A stretch of 32,968 bases of DNA from Sulfurimonadaceae bacterium (GTDB taxonomy: Bacteria; Campylobacterota; Campylobacteria; Campylobacterales; Sulfurimonadaceae): contig JBFEXS010000014.1 in NCBI GenBank assembly GCA_041562555.1, positions 1 through 32,968 on the forward strand, in the 5' to 3' direction. Under the pieces are notes generated by a model, which saw only the letters and a program-made list of their open reading frames with translations, was not told where the DNA came from and searched no databases. The first letter of the stretch is position 1; each line of letters opens with the position of its first letter. The position numbers and the translations under genes were made by a program. Positions 16,598 through 25,479 of this stretch are shown here, in pieces.

Positions 16598-18253
16598 ATG
16601 ACAATGATGATAATTGAAGCACTTTCAGGTCTGGGCATTTTTCTATTCGGTATGGCCTATATGGAATCAGCACTTAAAGAGATGGCCGGTATCCGACTCA
16701 AGCGTTGGATAAAAAATTCTACGTCTACGACCTTCAAGGCGATCCTGACCGGTACAATAGTGACTGCAGCTTTGCAAAGTTCATCGGTGGTGACACTGTT
16801 GACACTCTCCTTTGTATCGGCTTCATTGATATCTCTGAGTTCGGGCATCGGCGTGATCTTCGGCTCTAATCTTGGGACAACGGTGACTGCCTGGATAGTG
16901 GCCACTTTGGGATTTAAGGTAAAGATCGAGCTTTTTGCCCTGCCGATGATAGGTGCAGGCGGTTTTGGATTGATCTTCTCAGCTAATCGGCATATTGTCG
17001 TGTTTTCGAAGGTCCTGATAGGTTTTGGGTTGCTTTTTTTTGGCTTGGAGCTGATGAAAGAGGCCATTGAGACGGTCGCCCAAAGTATTGATCTGGCGCA
17101 GTATATCTACCTGCCTCTTATCGTGTTTGTTTTACTGGGTCTTTTTATCACGGCTCTTATTCAGTCGAGTTCGGCTGCAACAGCGATTGTATTATCAGCG
17201 ATATATGCGAATATCCTCAGTTTTGACCAGGCGGCAGCCATGGTGATCGGTACGAATATCGGTACAACCGTGACGGCTTTATTGGGGAGTATTGGGGGTA
17301 TTCCCGATAAAAAAAGAGCAGCCGTAGCGCATCTGTTTTTTAATCTTCTGACGGCGATTGTCGCTTTTATGATACTTCCTTTTTCGACGAGCTTTTTATT
17401 GGATACCCTTGCATTAAAAGATGACCTTATCATCGCCCTGGCACTTTTTCATACTATCTTCAATCTCTTGGGAGTAGTGTTGCTGGCTTCTTTTATCCCA
17501 TTGATAGCACATTACCTTGAACGGCTTTTCAAGCATCAGCAACAAGTGGCAACAAAATATATACACAAGGTAGATGCACATATCCCTGATACTGCAATGG
17601 TCGCTCTGCGGGATGAGGTTAGCCGGCTTTTTTCAAAGACGATGAAGTTTGCACTTCTGGTGGCAAATATCAAACCCAATGATGTGCTTAAAAAGGGATA
17701 CGATGTGAAATCCGTTATAGAGCAAAATCCGATGAAGATCGACTTTGACCATCATAAGGCCTATGAGAAGATCAAAGAGATAGAGCTGAGCACCTTAGTC
17801 TTTACGAATATTTTGAACCAGCAAAACCTTACCCGTGACCAGAGTCATAAGCTTGATACGCTTATGACATCTATCCGGGAGAGTGTATATGCGGCAAAAC
17901 TGCTCAAGGATGTGCGAGAGAACATGAATGAGTTTTATGAGAGTGACAATAAAAGCATGCTCTATTTTTATAACGAACTCCGACAGAACCTGGCCTTTGC
18001 TTTGAATATTTTTCAGCATTATATCCAGGAGAGTTGGTCCCTTGAAGAGTGTAAGGAGAAATTCCAAAAAGCCCAAGACGCAAATAACCTGATCTTAAAA
18101 GAAGCGACATCGATGATGAGCAGTGACAGGATGAATAAAACAATGCTCATCTCACTGCTTAACACCAATCGCAGTGTTTATATTGCCATCACTTCCCTGT
18201 TCTCCGCTTCCAAAGGGGCAAGGGTACATTTTCTGTTGGAGCATGAGGAGTAG
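16598..18253 (+). CDS. Na/Pi cotransporter family protein (NptA/YjbB-like)
   Basis: Two QSSS...G(S/T)N(L/I)GTT repeats followed by a helical soluble C-terminal domain. Confidence 0.92.
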   Translation: MTMMIIEALSGLGIFLFGMAYMESALKEMAGIRLKRWIKNSTSTTFKAILTGTIVTAALQSSSVVTLLTLSFVSASLISLSSGIGVIFGSNLGTTVTAWIVATLGFKVKIELFALPMIGAGGFGLIFSANRHIVVFSKVLIGFGLLFFGLELMKEAIETVAQSIDLAQYIYLPLIVFVLLGLFITALIQSSSAATAIVLSAIYANILSFDQAAAMVIGTNIGTTVTALLGSIGGIPDKKRAAVAHLFFNLLTAIVAFMILPFSTSFLLDTLALKDDLIIALALFHTIFNLLGVVLLASFIPLIAHYLERLFKHQQQVATKYIHKVDAHIPDTAMVALRDEVSRLFSKTMKFALLVANIKPNDVLKKGYDVKSVIEQNPMKIDFDHHKAYEKIKEIELSTLVFTNILNQQNLTRDQSHKLDTLMTSIRESVYAAKLLKDVRENMNEFYESDNKSMLYFYNELRQNLAFALNIFQHYIQESWSLEECKEKFQKAQDANNLILKEATSMMSSDRMNKTMLISLLNTNRSVYIAITSLFSASKGARVHFLLEHEE

Positions 18254-18257
18254 CTCT

Positions 18258-19364
18258 TCAGGTGTTAAAGTCCTGGTTGAGAAGATAGTAGACAGCTCTT
18301 CCTTTTCCGTGGGATGTTAAAAAGCCTTTATGTGCCAGGTCACTCAGATCACGGGCTGCGGTAGGCTTGGAGGTGTTAAAACGCTGTGCATAATAGGCCG
18401 TCTTTAACTGTTTTTTTTGTATGCCGTCTTCCAAAAGGAGACCTAAGAGCGAGCGTTGCCGTGCATTAAGGACATAGGATTGCATCCCTTCGGCGATGAG
18501 GCGTTTATATCGCAGGGTCTGCACTCGCAATAGGGCATTTCCCAATGCATTTTCAAACATCATCAAGTACCACTCGACCCAGGATGAGATGTCCATAGTA
18601 TCAGCAGTACAGTTTTGATCGAGCATCTCATAATAACTCTGTTTCATAGCGTGAATTTCATGGGCCAGTGTGAATAGATTCGAGGGGGCAAGGTCGGATC
18701 CGGAGAGAATATAGTCGCTGATATCTCTGGCCAGACGCCGATTCCCGTCATCGAAGGGATGAATGAGTAGGAACCAGAGATGGGCAATAGCAGATTTGAT
18801 GATGGCATCGATTTGATGCTCCTCATTGATCCATGTCAGAAGCTGCTGCATCTGATCATTTACGGTGGACGCAGGAGGGGCGATATAATGAACGATCTCA
18901 TGATGCCACGTTCCGGAGATGATCTTTACCTCTCCCTCTTCTTCTGTCCGAAACGAGGCGATTCTGACAGGATGAGATAGGTGTTGTTCCTGAATAAACA
19001 TGGCTTGATGCCAGGCGAAAAGGCGCGCTTTGCTTAAGGGCTCATCAGTGCGTTTGGTGTCCAATAAGATATCTAAAAGGGATTCGGGTTTCGGATCACG
19101 ATTGCGTTGGGGGTTATTGGGTCTGAATCGGCTTTCCAGGGCAATCCTGAGGTGTTTAGGCTCTATATGATCCCCTTCCAAAAGAGAAGTGGCAATGGCT
19201 TCTTGATAGAGGGACTCTTTTTGTAACAACAGGTATTCCCGCTTAGACAGAGTGGTCTCCGCCATTTTGAGTTGGCCCAATTGATGATACAGATGATTGA
19301 GGTTCTTATGCCCATAAGTAAAGTCAGGCCATTGCCTGTGTTGCCATTTCCACACTTTTTTCAT
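18258..19364 (-). CDS. Fic family protein (DUF4172-like N-terminus, C-terminal HTH) with a variant catalytic motif
   Basis: WKWQHRQWPDF N-terminus, alpha-inh-like TSLLEG, HPFDDGNRRLAR and HTH SKPTAARDLSDL..KG..GKGRAVYY. Confidence 0.9.
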   Translation of the reverse strand: MKKVWKWQHRQWPDFTYGHKNLNHLYHQLGQLKMAETTLSKREYLLLQKESLYQEAIATSLLEGDHIEPKHLRIALESRFRPNNPQRNRDPKPESLLDILLDTKRTDEPLSKARLFAWHQAMFIQEQHLSHPVRIASFRTEEEGEVKIISGTWHHEIVHYIAPPASTVNDQMQQLLTWINEEHQIDAIIKSAIAHLWFLLIHPFDDGNRRLARDISDYILSGSDLAPSNLFTLAHEIHAMKQSYYEMLDQNCTADTMDISSWVEWYLMMFENALGNALLRVQTLRYKRLIAEGMQSYVLNARQRSLLGLLLEDGIQKKQLKTAYYAQRFNTSKPTAARDLSDLAHKGFLTSHGKGRAVYYLLNQDFNT

Positions 19365-19399
19365 CTGATAATCATATCAATATATGATTTGATTATCAA
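19365..19399 (-). promoter_or_regulatory. fic promoter (-35 TTGATA, 17 nt, -10 TATGAT) embedded in an inverted repeat
   Basis: -35 at 19399-19394, -10 at 19376-19371, ATG 6 nt later. Inverted repeat TGATAATCA (19366-19374) / TGATTATCA (19390-19398). Confidence 0.65.
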
Positions 19400-19472
19400 G
19401 TATCTTCTCTCTTTTCATGATTATGGGTTGGCTCGACAGGGGTGTAGACAAGGCTGTCTTATACATAGAATA

Positions 19473-19481
19473 TGCTAGAAT
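19473..19481 (+). promoter_or_regulatory. Extended -10 (TGcTAGAAT) upstream of the porin-like gene
   Basis: Consensus match ~85 nt upstream of the ATG at 19566. Confidence 0.4.
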
Positions 19482-19565
19482 AAGCAGATATGAATTTGTG
19501 CAGAAGATCTAGGTCTAACAATGTCTTTTCCATATTTGTAATACTTTTTTAGCAGGTGTATACCG

Positions 19566-20564
19566 ATGAAACGTTTTTTGTGTATATCTTATTTTTGTCT
19601 GGTCTCACTCTTTGCTTCAGAGTCGGAATATCAACTTGGACATGGCCTTAAATTAGGTGAACTTCCTTTGTATATGGGAGGTTATTTCTCTTTGGATTAT
19701 GAACATGGATACGGTAAGGAACGTGTACTTGAACTGGACGAATTAGCCATTATGTTCTATGGCGAGTATGAGCATCTCTCGTATATGTTGGAGTTGGAGG
19801 GAGAAGAGATATACCGTGAATCTTTTGGTGATAATGCCAATGCAAGTCATCAGGACCGTGTACATCTTGAACGGCTTTATGTCAATTATAACTTCAATGA
19901 CAACTACGATCTAAAGACAGGTAAGTTCAACTCGATTATAGGGTTATGGAACCAAAATCCCATCAATGTACTCAGAGACACGAGTTCTAACCCCCGTATT
20001 ACGGAGCAGATCTTTCCCAAGTTTACTACAGGGGCAGAGTTTAAATACCAGCAGTTTGGCGAGGATAGGTTTACCCTTCACCTTATGGTCCAAGAGAGTG
20101 AAGATATGGATGAACTCTTTAACAGAGACGAGGTTTACAACAATTTTGATACGAATCGTCATTATGGCATGGGAACTTCTTTTTTGTATAAGCAAACGCT
20201 TTTTCAGTTTAATGCAGGCTATTTTGAAGTCAAGCCTGATCAAGAGTATACCTATCTCCTCGGAGCATTCCAGTATGAGTTGGATACATTGCGACTGCAA
20301 GGAGAGTTTGGTTCGCAGTTTGACGATGATGAGACAGTCGCGACTTCAGGGTATCTTCAAGGGGTGTACCGTATCGTCCAAGATCATGAGGGAATCCTCC
20401 GAGTGGAGAGTTGTGATGATGAAAAGACAGGGATAAAAGACAGTTTTGGTGTATTTGGATATACCTATAGACCCTATTATTCCATTGCCATCAAGAGTGA
20501 GTACCAGTGGCACTCCTATAAAAAGGAGAATAAGTTTCTTCTTTCATTCTCGGCACTATTTTAG
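19566..20564 (+). CDS. Putative outer-membrane beta-barrel (porin-like) protein
   Basis: Signal peptide, alternating aromatic-rich beta strands, LERLYVNY/KTGKFNSIIGLWN and a C-terminal ...KSEYQ...LSFSALF with terminal Phe. Confidence 0.75.
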   Translation: MKRFLCISYFCLVSLFASESEYQLGHGLKLGELPLYMGGYFSLDYEHGYGKERVLELDELAIMFYGEYEHLSYMLELEGEEIYRESFGDNANASHQDRVHLERLYVNYNFNDNYDLKTGKFNSIIGLWNQNPINVLRDTSSNPRITEQIFPKFTTGAEFKYQQFGEDRFTLHLMVQESEDMDELFNRDEVYNNFDTNRHYGMGTSFLYKQTLFQFNAGYFEVKPDQEYTYLLGAFQYELDTLRLQGEFGSQFDDDETVATSGYLQGVYRIVQDHEGILRVESCDDEKTGIKDSFGVFGYTYRPYYSIAIKSEYQWHSYKKENKFLLSFSALF

Positions 20565-20566
20565 GG

Positions 20567-20989
20567 ATGCGTGCCATGATGAAAGCCTTAAGTGTCATGC
20601 TCGTACTTTTAAGTGCACTCAATGCTGAACCGTTTGTGCTTGTGACCCACCCCGATAGTCCGATAGAAAGTCTGGATGAATCGCAGGTCAAGATGATCTA
20701 TCTCAAACAAAGACGGTACTGGGAAGGGGTCAAGCTCAAACCGATCAACCTTGCCGCAGAGAGTGATGTGCGTCACTCCTTTGAAAAGAATATCTTGAAA
20801 ATGAGTCATGCTCAGCTGGAGAGCTATTGGCTGAAACAGCATTACAAGGGGCTTCGACCTCCATACAGAGTCGAATCGGTTCAGAGCCTGTTGATGTTCA
20901 TTCAAAAAGTCGAAGGTGCAATCGGGTATATTCCCATAAGCAGTGTGAATGATGAGGTAAAAGTCATATACAAAGAGCAGATACAATGA
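20567..20989 (+). CDS. Small periplasmic protein, PstS/phosphate-binding-like single domain (start may be 20576 or 20579)
   Basis: Signal peptide, LVTHPDSPIESL..QVKMIYL and EGAIGYI resemble short type-2 periplasmic-binding-fold proteins. Confidence 0.7.
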   Translation: MRAMMKALSVMLVLLSALNAEPFVLVTHPDSPIESLDESQVKMIYLKQRRYWEGVKLKPINLAAESDVRHSFEKNILKMSHAQLESYWLKQHYKGLRPPYRVESVQSLLMFIQKVEGAIGYIPISSVNDEVKVIYKEQIQ

Positions 20990-23073
20990 AGCTGTTACGA
21001 TGGATCTTGCCGCAAACGTTGAAGACAAAGCTCTTGATAGCGCTGTTCAGTGTCGGCTTCTTTCCTTATTTGCTTATTCTTATCTATAGTCAAAACCTGG
21101 GAAAAGAGAAGATCCTGGAGTCTACACTGACGACGCATCATCTACAGATACATCAGATGAAACAGCAGTTGGAATCCCAGATGGTCACGTTGCAAAAAGA
21201 GCTTGGGTTTTTAGCCTCTTTGGATATGATGAATGATATGCTTGTCGCAGATATCGACAAGCGAATCGCCCAACTGCTTGTGCAAAAACACAAGGACCTC
21301 TCCCTTGATGTACATCTGTTTGCAATCGATAGGGATCTTCAGATGGTCTCTTCTTCTGATACCGAAAAGATACATAGTTTTCATTATCACAAAAAATTTT
21401 TACAGGCACAACACGAGAAAAAGAAATACTTTTTTACTTATAAGAGTATTGTCATGTTTACCCCCATTCACGGTAGTTTTGAAAAAGAACAGGATTTGGG
21501 ATATATGTTTATGGAGTATGCTTTTTCTAACTTCAAGTCTTTTACCGTGGATAAATATGGAGTACGTTCTACCATCTATAGTCGTGACAATGCACAGCAG
21601 GTCGGGTACCAACTGGATGAGCCATTGCTACAGGCCATTGATGATCAGTCAACGTACATAAACAAGCAGTATGTCATCATCAAAGAAGGGTTTGAAGGAG
21701 TGCTTCAAGGATGGTTTATCGTCTATGTCATCCAAAAAACAGAGGCCTTTAAATTTCTAGATACTTTTGTATATCTTATTTGGGCGCTGTTCGGATTTGG
21801 TACAGTGATCATCGCATTGATAGCTTCCTGGATCAGTAAACGTATTCTAGAGCCGATCGCCAAGTTGACAAAAGCTACAAAGTCCATCATATCAACACAG
21901 GACTATACGACGCAGGTGACAATCGAATCACAGGGAGAGATCACTGAACTTGCCCATGATTTCAACAGTATGGTTCAGGCGACGAATCATGCTTTTAGTG
22001 TTCTTGAAGAGGAGAACAGACTTCGACTCCTTCGTTTTACACAGTTGATCAATATCTTTAATCATCTTATCTCAACACAAAGTGAACGGGAGTGTATCGA
22101 GGTGGTTATGGACGAACTTCATCGTCTGATGCCTGAAAAAAGATTTTCTTTCTCCAGTGAATATGATGCATCGGAGCATGAGATCCCTCCGATGCAATGC
22201 ATGATGCTCTTCGTCAAAGACTTTGAAAAGGATACAGACGAGTTCTATGGAAAGATCACTTCTGAGACAGGGGATGCATCACATGATCCGAATGAGAACA
22301 CCTTTTATCAATCAATCGCGACTATGATCATGTTACAGTTAAACCAAATACGCCTTATTGAACGTACTCAGGAAGTTTCACGGGCAAAATCTACGTTTAT
22401 CTCTTTGATGTCTCATGAACTTCGTACTCCTTTACACACCATATTGAGTGCAGCACAATATTTGATCGGATATGAGAACACGACCCCTCAGCAGCAGGAT
22501 AAGATAGCCATTATGGAGTCTTCAGCTGAGCATCTTTTAGGTATGATCAACGATATTTTGGACCTTGTACAGATAGAAGCGGGCAAGGTGACAGCCAATA
22601 TCGAAGTACAGCAAAGTACAGCGTTGTATCTATCGATCAAAGAGACGGTGGAGATGCTGGAGGTACTGGCTGAGGAAAAAGGAATTAGCTTGACATTGGA
22701 AAACCGGCTTGACAGGGAAGAAGATGTCTTGCTTGATAAGCGCTTGTGTAAACAGATCGTGATGAACCTTATCTCCAATGCGATCAAGTTTACGGACAGC
22801 GGTTCGATCGAGGTCAGACTTGGAAAGTGTGAGAAATATATTTGTGTTGAGATCAAAGACAGCGGAATCGGAATCAGCAGTGAGAACCTAAAACGACTTT
22901 TTGAGGATTTTACACAGGTGAAAAATCGCAGTCAGAATAAACACAAAGGGAGCGGTTTAGGCCTGGCAATAAGCAGAAAACTTGCCCATCTGTTCAAGGC
23001 AGAACTGACTTTGGAAAGTGATGGGGAAGGTAAAGGAACAAGGGCTATACTCCAATTAGAAACTAATCTCTGA
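20986..23073 (+). CDS. Membrane sensor histidine kinase (periplasmic domain, HAMP, HisKA, HATPase)
   Basis: Two TM helices, HAMP (EITELAHDFNSM), H-box MSHELRTPL, N-box NLISNAIKFT, G1 DSGIG and G2 GSGLGLAIS. Confidence 0.95.
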   Translation: MKLLRWILPQTLKTKLLIALFSVGFFPYLLILIYSQNLGKEKILESTLTTHHLQIHQMKQQLESQMVTLQKELGFLASLDMMNDMLVADIDKRIAQLLVQKHKDLSLDVHLFAIDRDLQMVSSSDTEKIHSFHYHKKFLQAQHEKKKYFFTYKSIVMFTPIHGSFEKEQDLGYMFMEYAFSNFKSFTVDKYGVRSTIYSRDNAQQVGYQLDEPLLQAIDDQSTYINKQYVIIKEGFEGVLQGWFIVYVIQKTEAFKFLDTFVYLIWALFGFGTVIIALIASWISKRILEPIAKLTKATKSIISTQDYTTQVTIESQGEITELAHDFNSMVQATNHAFSVLEEENRLRLLRFTQLINIFNHLISTQSERECIEVVMDELHRLMPEKRFSFSSEYDASEHEIPPMQCMMLFVKDFEKDTDEFYGKITSETGDASHDPNENTFYQSIATMIMLQLNQIRLIERTQEVSRAKSTFISLMSHELRTPLHTILSAAQYLIGYENTTPQQQDKIAIMESSAEHLLGMINDILDLVQIEAGKVTANIEVQQSTALYLSIKETVEMLEVLAEEKGISLTLENRLDREEDVLLDKRLCKQIVMNLISNAIKFTDSGSIEVRLGKCEKYICVEIKDSGIGISSENLKRLFEDFTQVKNRSQNKHKGSGLGLAISRKLAHLFKAELTLESDGEGKGTRAILQLETNL

Positions 23074-23725
23074 TTGTATAACCTACACCGCGAACGGTTG
23101 TGATAAAGTTCTCTATATTGATCTTTTTTCGCAGGTTTTTAATGTGAACATCAACGAGGTTACTTTGTTTAAACCCATCATATTCACGGCATAGATGCTC
23201 ATTAAGCTGATAGCGGGTGAGTACGACATTCTTGTTTTGTAGAAGGATCTCAAGAAGATCAAATTCGGATTGGCTCAGTTTGACGGGTTCACCTTGTAGG
23301 CGGACATCCCTGCTTGTGGTATCCAAGGTTAAGTCACCAATGGAGATGACGGTACTCTTATGGGGTGATTCACGTCTTAAAAGAGCTCTGATCCGTGCCA
23401 ATAGTTCTATGTTGGAGTAAGGCTTGCAGAGATAATCATCACCCCCTGCATCCAGTACACGGACACGATCATCTACCTGGGTATTGGCTGAGAGCATAAG
23501 TACGGGCGTACTCAAGCCATCTTCACGTATTGATCTGAGAAGACTAAGGCCATCTCCATCCGGCAGGTTCCAATCAAGTAGAATAAGGTCAAAACGCTTT
23601 TCATCAATATATTTCAAGGCGCTTTCATAGTCATAGGCAACATCACAATGATAATGCTCATGTTCAAGCAGTTGTTTGAGCTGATCTGCTATGGCAATCT
23701 CATCTTCTACGATCAGTAGATACAT
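23063..23725 (-). CDS. OmpR/PhoB-family response regulator
   Basis: LIVEDE, LLDWNLPDGDG, DDYLCKPY and wHTH VDVHIKNLRKK..TVRGVGY. Confidence 0.96.
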   Translation of the reverse strand: MYLLIVEDEIAIADQLKQLLEHEHYHCDVAYDYESALKYIDEKRFDLILLDWNLPDGDGLSLLRSIREDGLSTPVLMLSANTQVDDRVRVLDAGGDDYLCKPYSNIELLARIRALLRRESPHKSTVISIGDLTLDTTSRDVRLQGEPVKLSQSEFDLLEILLQNKNVVLTRYQLNEHLCREYDGFKQSNLVDVHIKNLRKKINIENFITTVRGVGYTIRD

Positions 23726-23790
23726 CCAGAACCTTTTTATGTGAATAGTGTATTATAAAGTGTGTCAGCTTAATGGATTGTATCCGCCTT

Positions 23791-23822
23791 TTCATCAAAT
23801 CTTCATAATTGTCCTTTATACT
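23791..23822 (+). promoter_or_regulatory. Putative OmpR-type binding site (TTCAT-n6-TTCAT) 10 nt upstream of a TATACT -10
   Basis: TTCAT at 23791-23795 and 23802-23806; TATACT at 23817-23822, with a second TATACT at 23830-23835. Confidence 0.5.
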
Positions 23823-23854
23823 TCTTGTATATACTATAAAAAAGGAGAGCTATA

Positions 23855-24892
23855 ATGCAACTCCCAACAAAAATACCTGTGCATCAGTGGGCGTTTTTAT
23901 TTCTGTTCGCCTCAGAGTTTACCTATTATCTACTGATACTGCAGACAGGTATCGTTGAGTATCACCATTCCCTTATGGAAGAGATATGGATAATCCCTGT
24001 AGGAGGGATCTTGGGTATTATCCTCTCCATAGCGGCACACAAAGAGCGTCAGTGGTTGATACCATCTTTATTGTTGATACAGTTGATCTTGTCTTTTGAT
24101 TATGCACATGCTGGTGTTCTTGAGTTGTTCGTACTCGGCCTCATCAGTGGATTGACCGCACCGATGCTGATCGCAAGAATAGACCATTTTTGGATGGTGA
24201 TCGCTGCCTTGGCCCTCTCATACAGTTACGGGACGTACTATTTTGATGTTCCTGCCCAAGATCGTACAGGCATTGCAGTTTTCCTGTCCCTGGTTGCTTT
24301 TACTACCTCTTTGTTCTCTCAGATGAAGCAGACAAAGAGCCAGACAACACAGATGACACTTTTTGGTGCGGGTACCATCTTTTTGTGGCTGCTTCTGGAT
24401 GCATCACTTTTTGAGACGCTTTCACGTAATGATATGATGAAGATATGGGGAGAAGGCAGTTTTACCTATAGTATCATCGCCTCACATATCCTTGGACTGG
24501 TAGCGGCGTACAAAGCCAGAGACTGGAAACATACAGAAGTTTTTTTATTGGGATTATTCACGGTGACCTATTTGGTGTATAGTATAGGTTGGCAATGGGG
24601 TTTAGGTGTGGTTTATCCGTTTGTGATTTCGTACTACAACGTGATTATCCTCAAGGAGCTGATGCGTCTGTCTTATGTACTATTGGCAGTGATGGCATTA
24701 AGCCTATGGATGGCTTCGGGCTCTGGGCTTATGATAGCACTATCGGGTTCTTTTGTCTCCGCCTGGATTGCACTGGGGGCATTGGGAGTGATCTATGTCT
24801 ATAAAAAACTGGATCTGCCTATGATGCAGATGGCAGAAGAGGTATTTTCACGTATACAGCTGTATATACAGGGTATGTATGAGATGAAATAA
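23855..24892 (+). CDS. Polytopic membrane protein of unknown function (about 12 short TM segments, possibly MFS-like)
   Basis: Almost entirely hydrophobic, with SD AAGGAG. No family motif recognised. Confidence 0.75.
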   Translation: MQLPTKIPVHQWAFLFLFASEFTYYLLILQTGIVEYHHSLMEEIWIIPVGGILGIILSIAAHKERQWLIPSLLLIQLILSFDYAHAGVLELFVLGLISGLTAPMLIARIDHFWMVIAALALSYSYGTYYFDVPAQDRTGIAVFLSLVAFTTSLFSQMKQTKSQTTQMTLFGAGTIFLWLLLDASLFETLSRNDMMKIWGEGSFTYSIIASHILGLVAAYKARDWKHTEVFLLGLFTVTYLVYSIGWQWGLGVVYPFVISYYNVIILKELMRLSYVLLAVMALSLWMASGSGLMIALSGSFVSAWIALGALGVIYVYKKLDLPMMQMAEEVFSRIQLYIQGMYEMK

Positions 24893-24943
24893 GGTTTCTT
24901 CCCACCGGGTCGAATCTGTCAATTCTAATTTGAAGGAGAGATT

Positions 24944-25471
24944 ATGAAAAAGTTTTTATTACTTGTTGCCATGAGTGTGTCAGTACTGATGGGAGGCAAT
25001 CTCAGTGTAGTCACGGGTGTTGTGAAAGCACATACCGAGGTCTTTGGTGATTCACAGATAGACCCTGAAACCAGCGGTATTACATCGCATTTGAGTATAG
25101 CAGAGGGTATCGAATCGTTGAGCGGTTCAGTTGACATTTCTATGAAAGGCCTTAGAAGCGATGAAGAGAGCCGGGATGAGAATATGATGGAGACGATCGA
25201 AAGTGAGAAGTTCCCTTTTGCCACCTATACACTCACAAAAGTTGAAAAAGTCGAAATCGGTTACCTGATTCATGGAGTTCTGGATTTTCACGGAGTGAAA
25301 AATCCATTGACGATGGTCGTAGACATCGAGCAAGAGGGTAAAACAGTGATGATCAAAGGCAAGAGCTCGTTTAAGATGTCAAGTTTTGGTGTTGAACCTC
25401 CTGTTCTTCTGTTTTTGACGGTGCGCGATAAGGTTGATATCATTGTCGATGCAACATTTAAAGAGGAGTAA
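24944..25471 (+). CDS. YceI-like periplasmic lipid/polyisoprenoid-binding protein
   Basis: Signal peptide, SDEESRDENM, EKFP.ATY, GVLDFHGVKNP and MSSFGVEPP. Confidence 0.85.
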   Translation: MKKFLLLVAMSVSVLMGGNLSVVTGVVKAHTEVFGDSQIDPETSGITSHLSIAEGIESLSGSVDISMKGLRSDEESRDENMMETIESEKFPFATYTLTKVEKVEIGYLIHGVLDFHGVKNPLTMVVDIEQEGKTVMIKGKSSFKMSSFGVEPPVLLFLTVRDKVDIIVDATFKEE

Positions 25472-25479
25472 GAACACGG

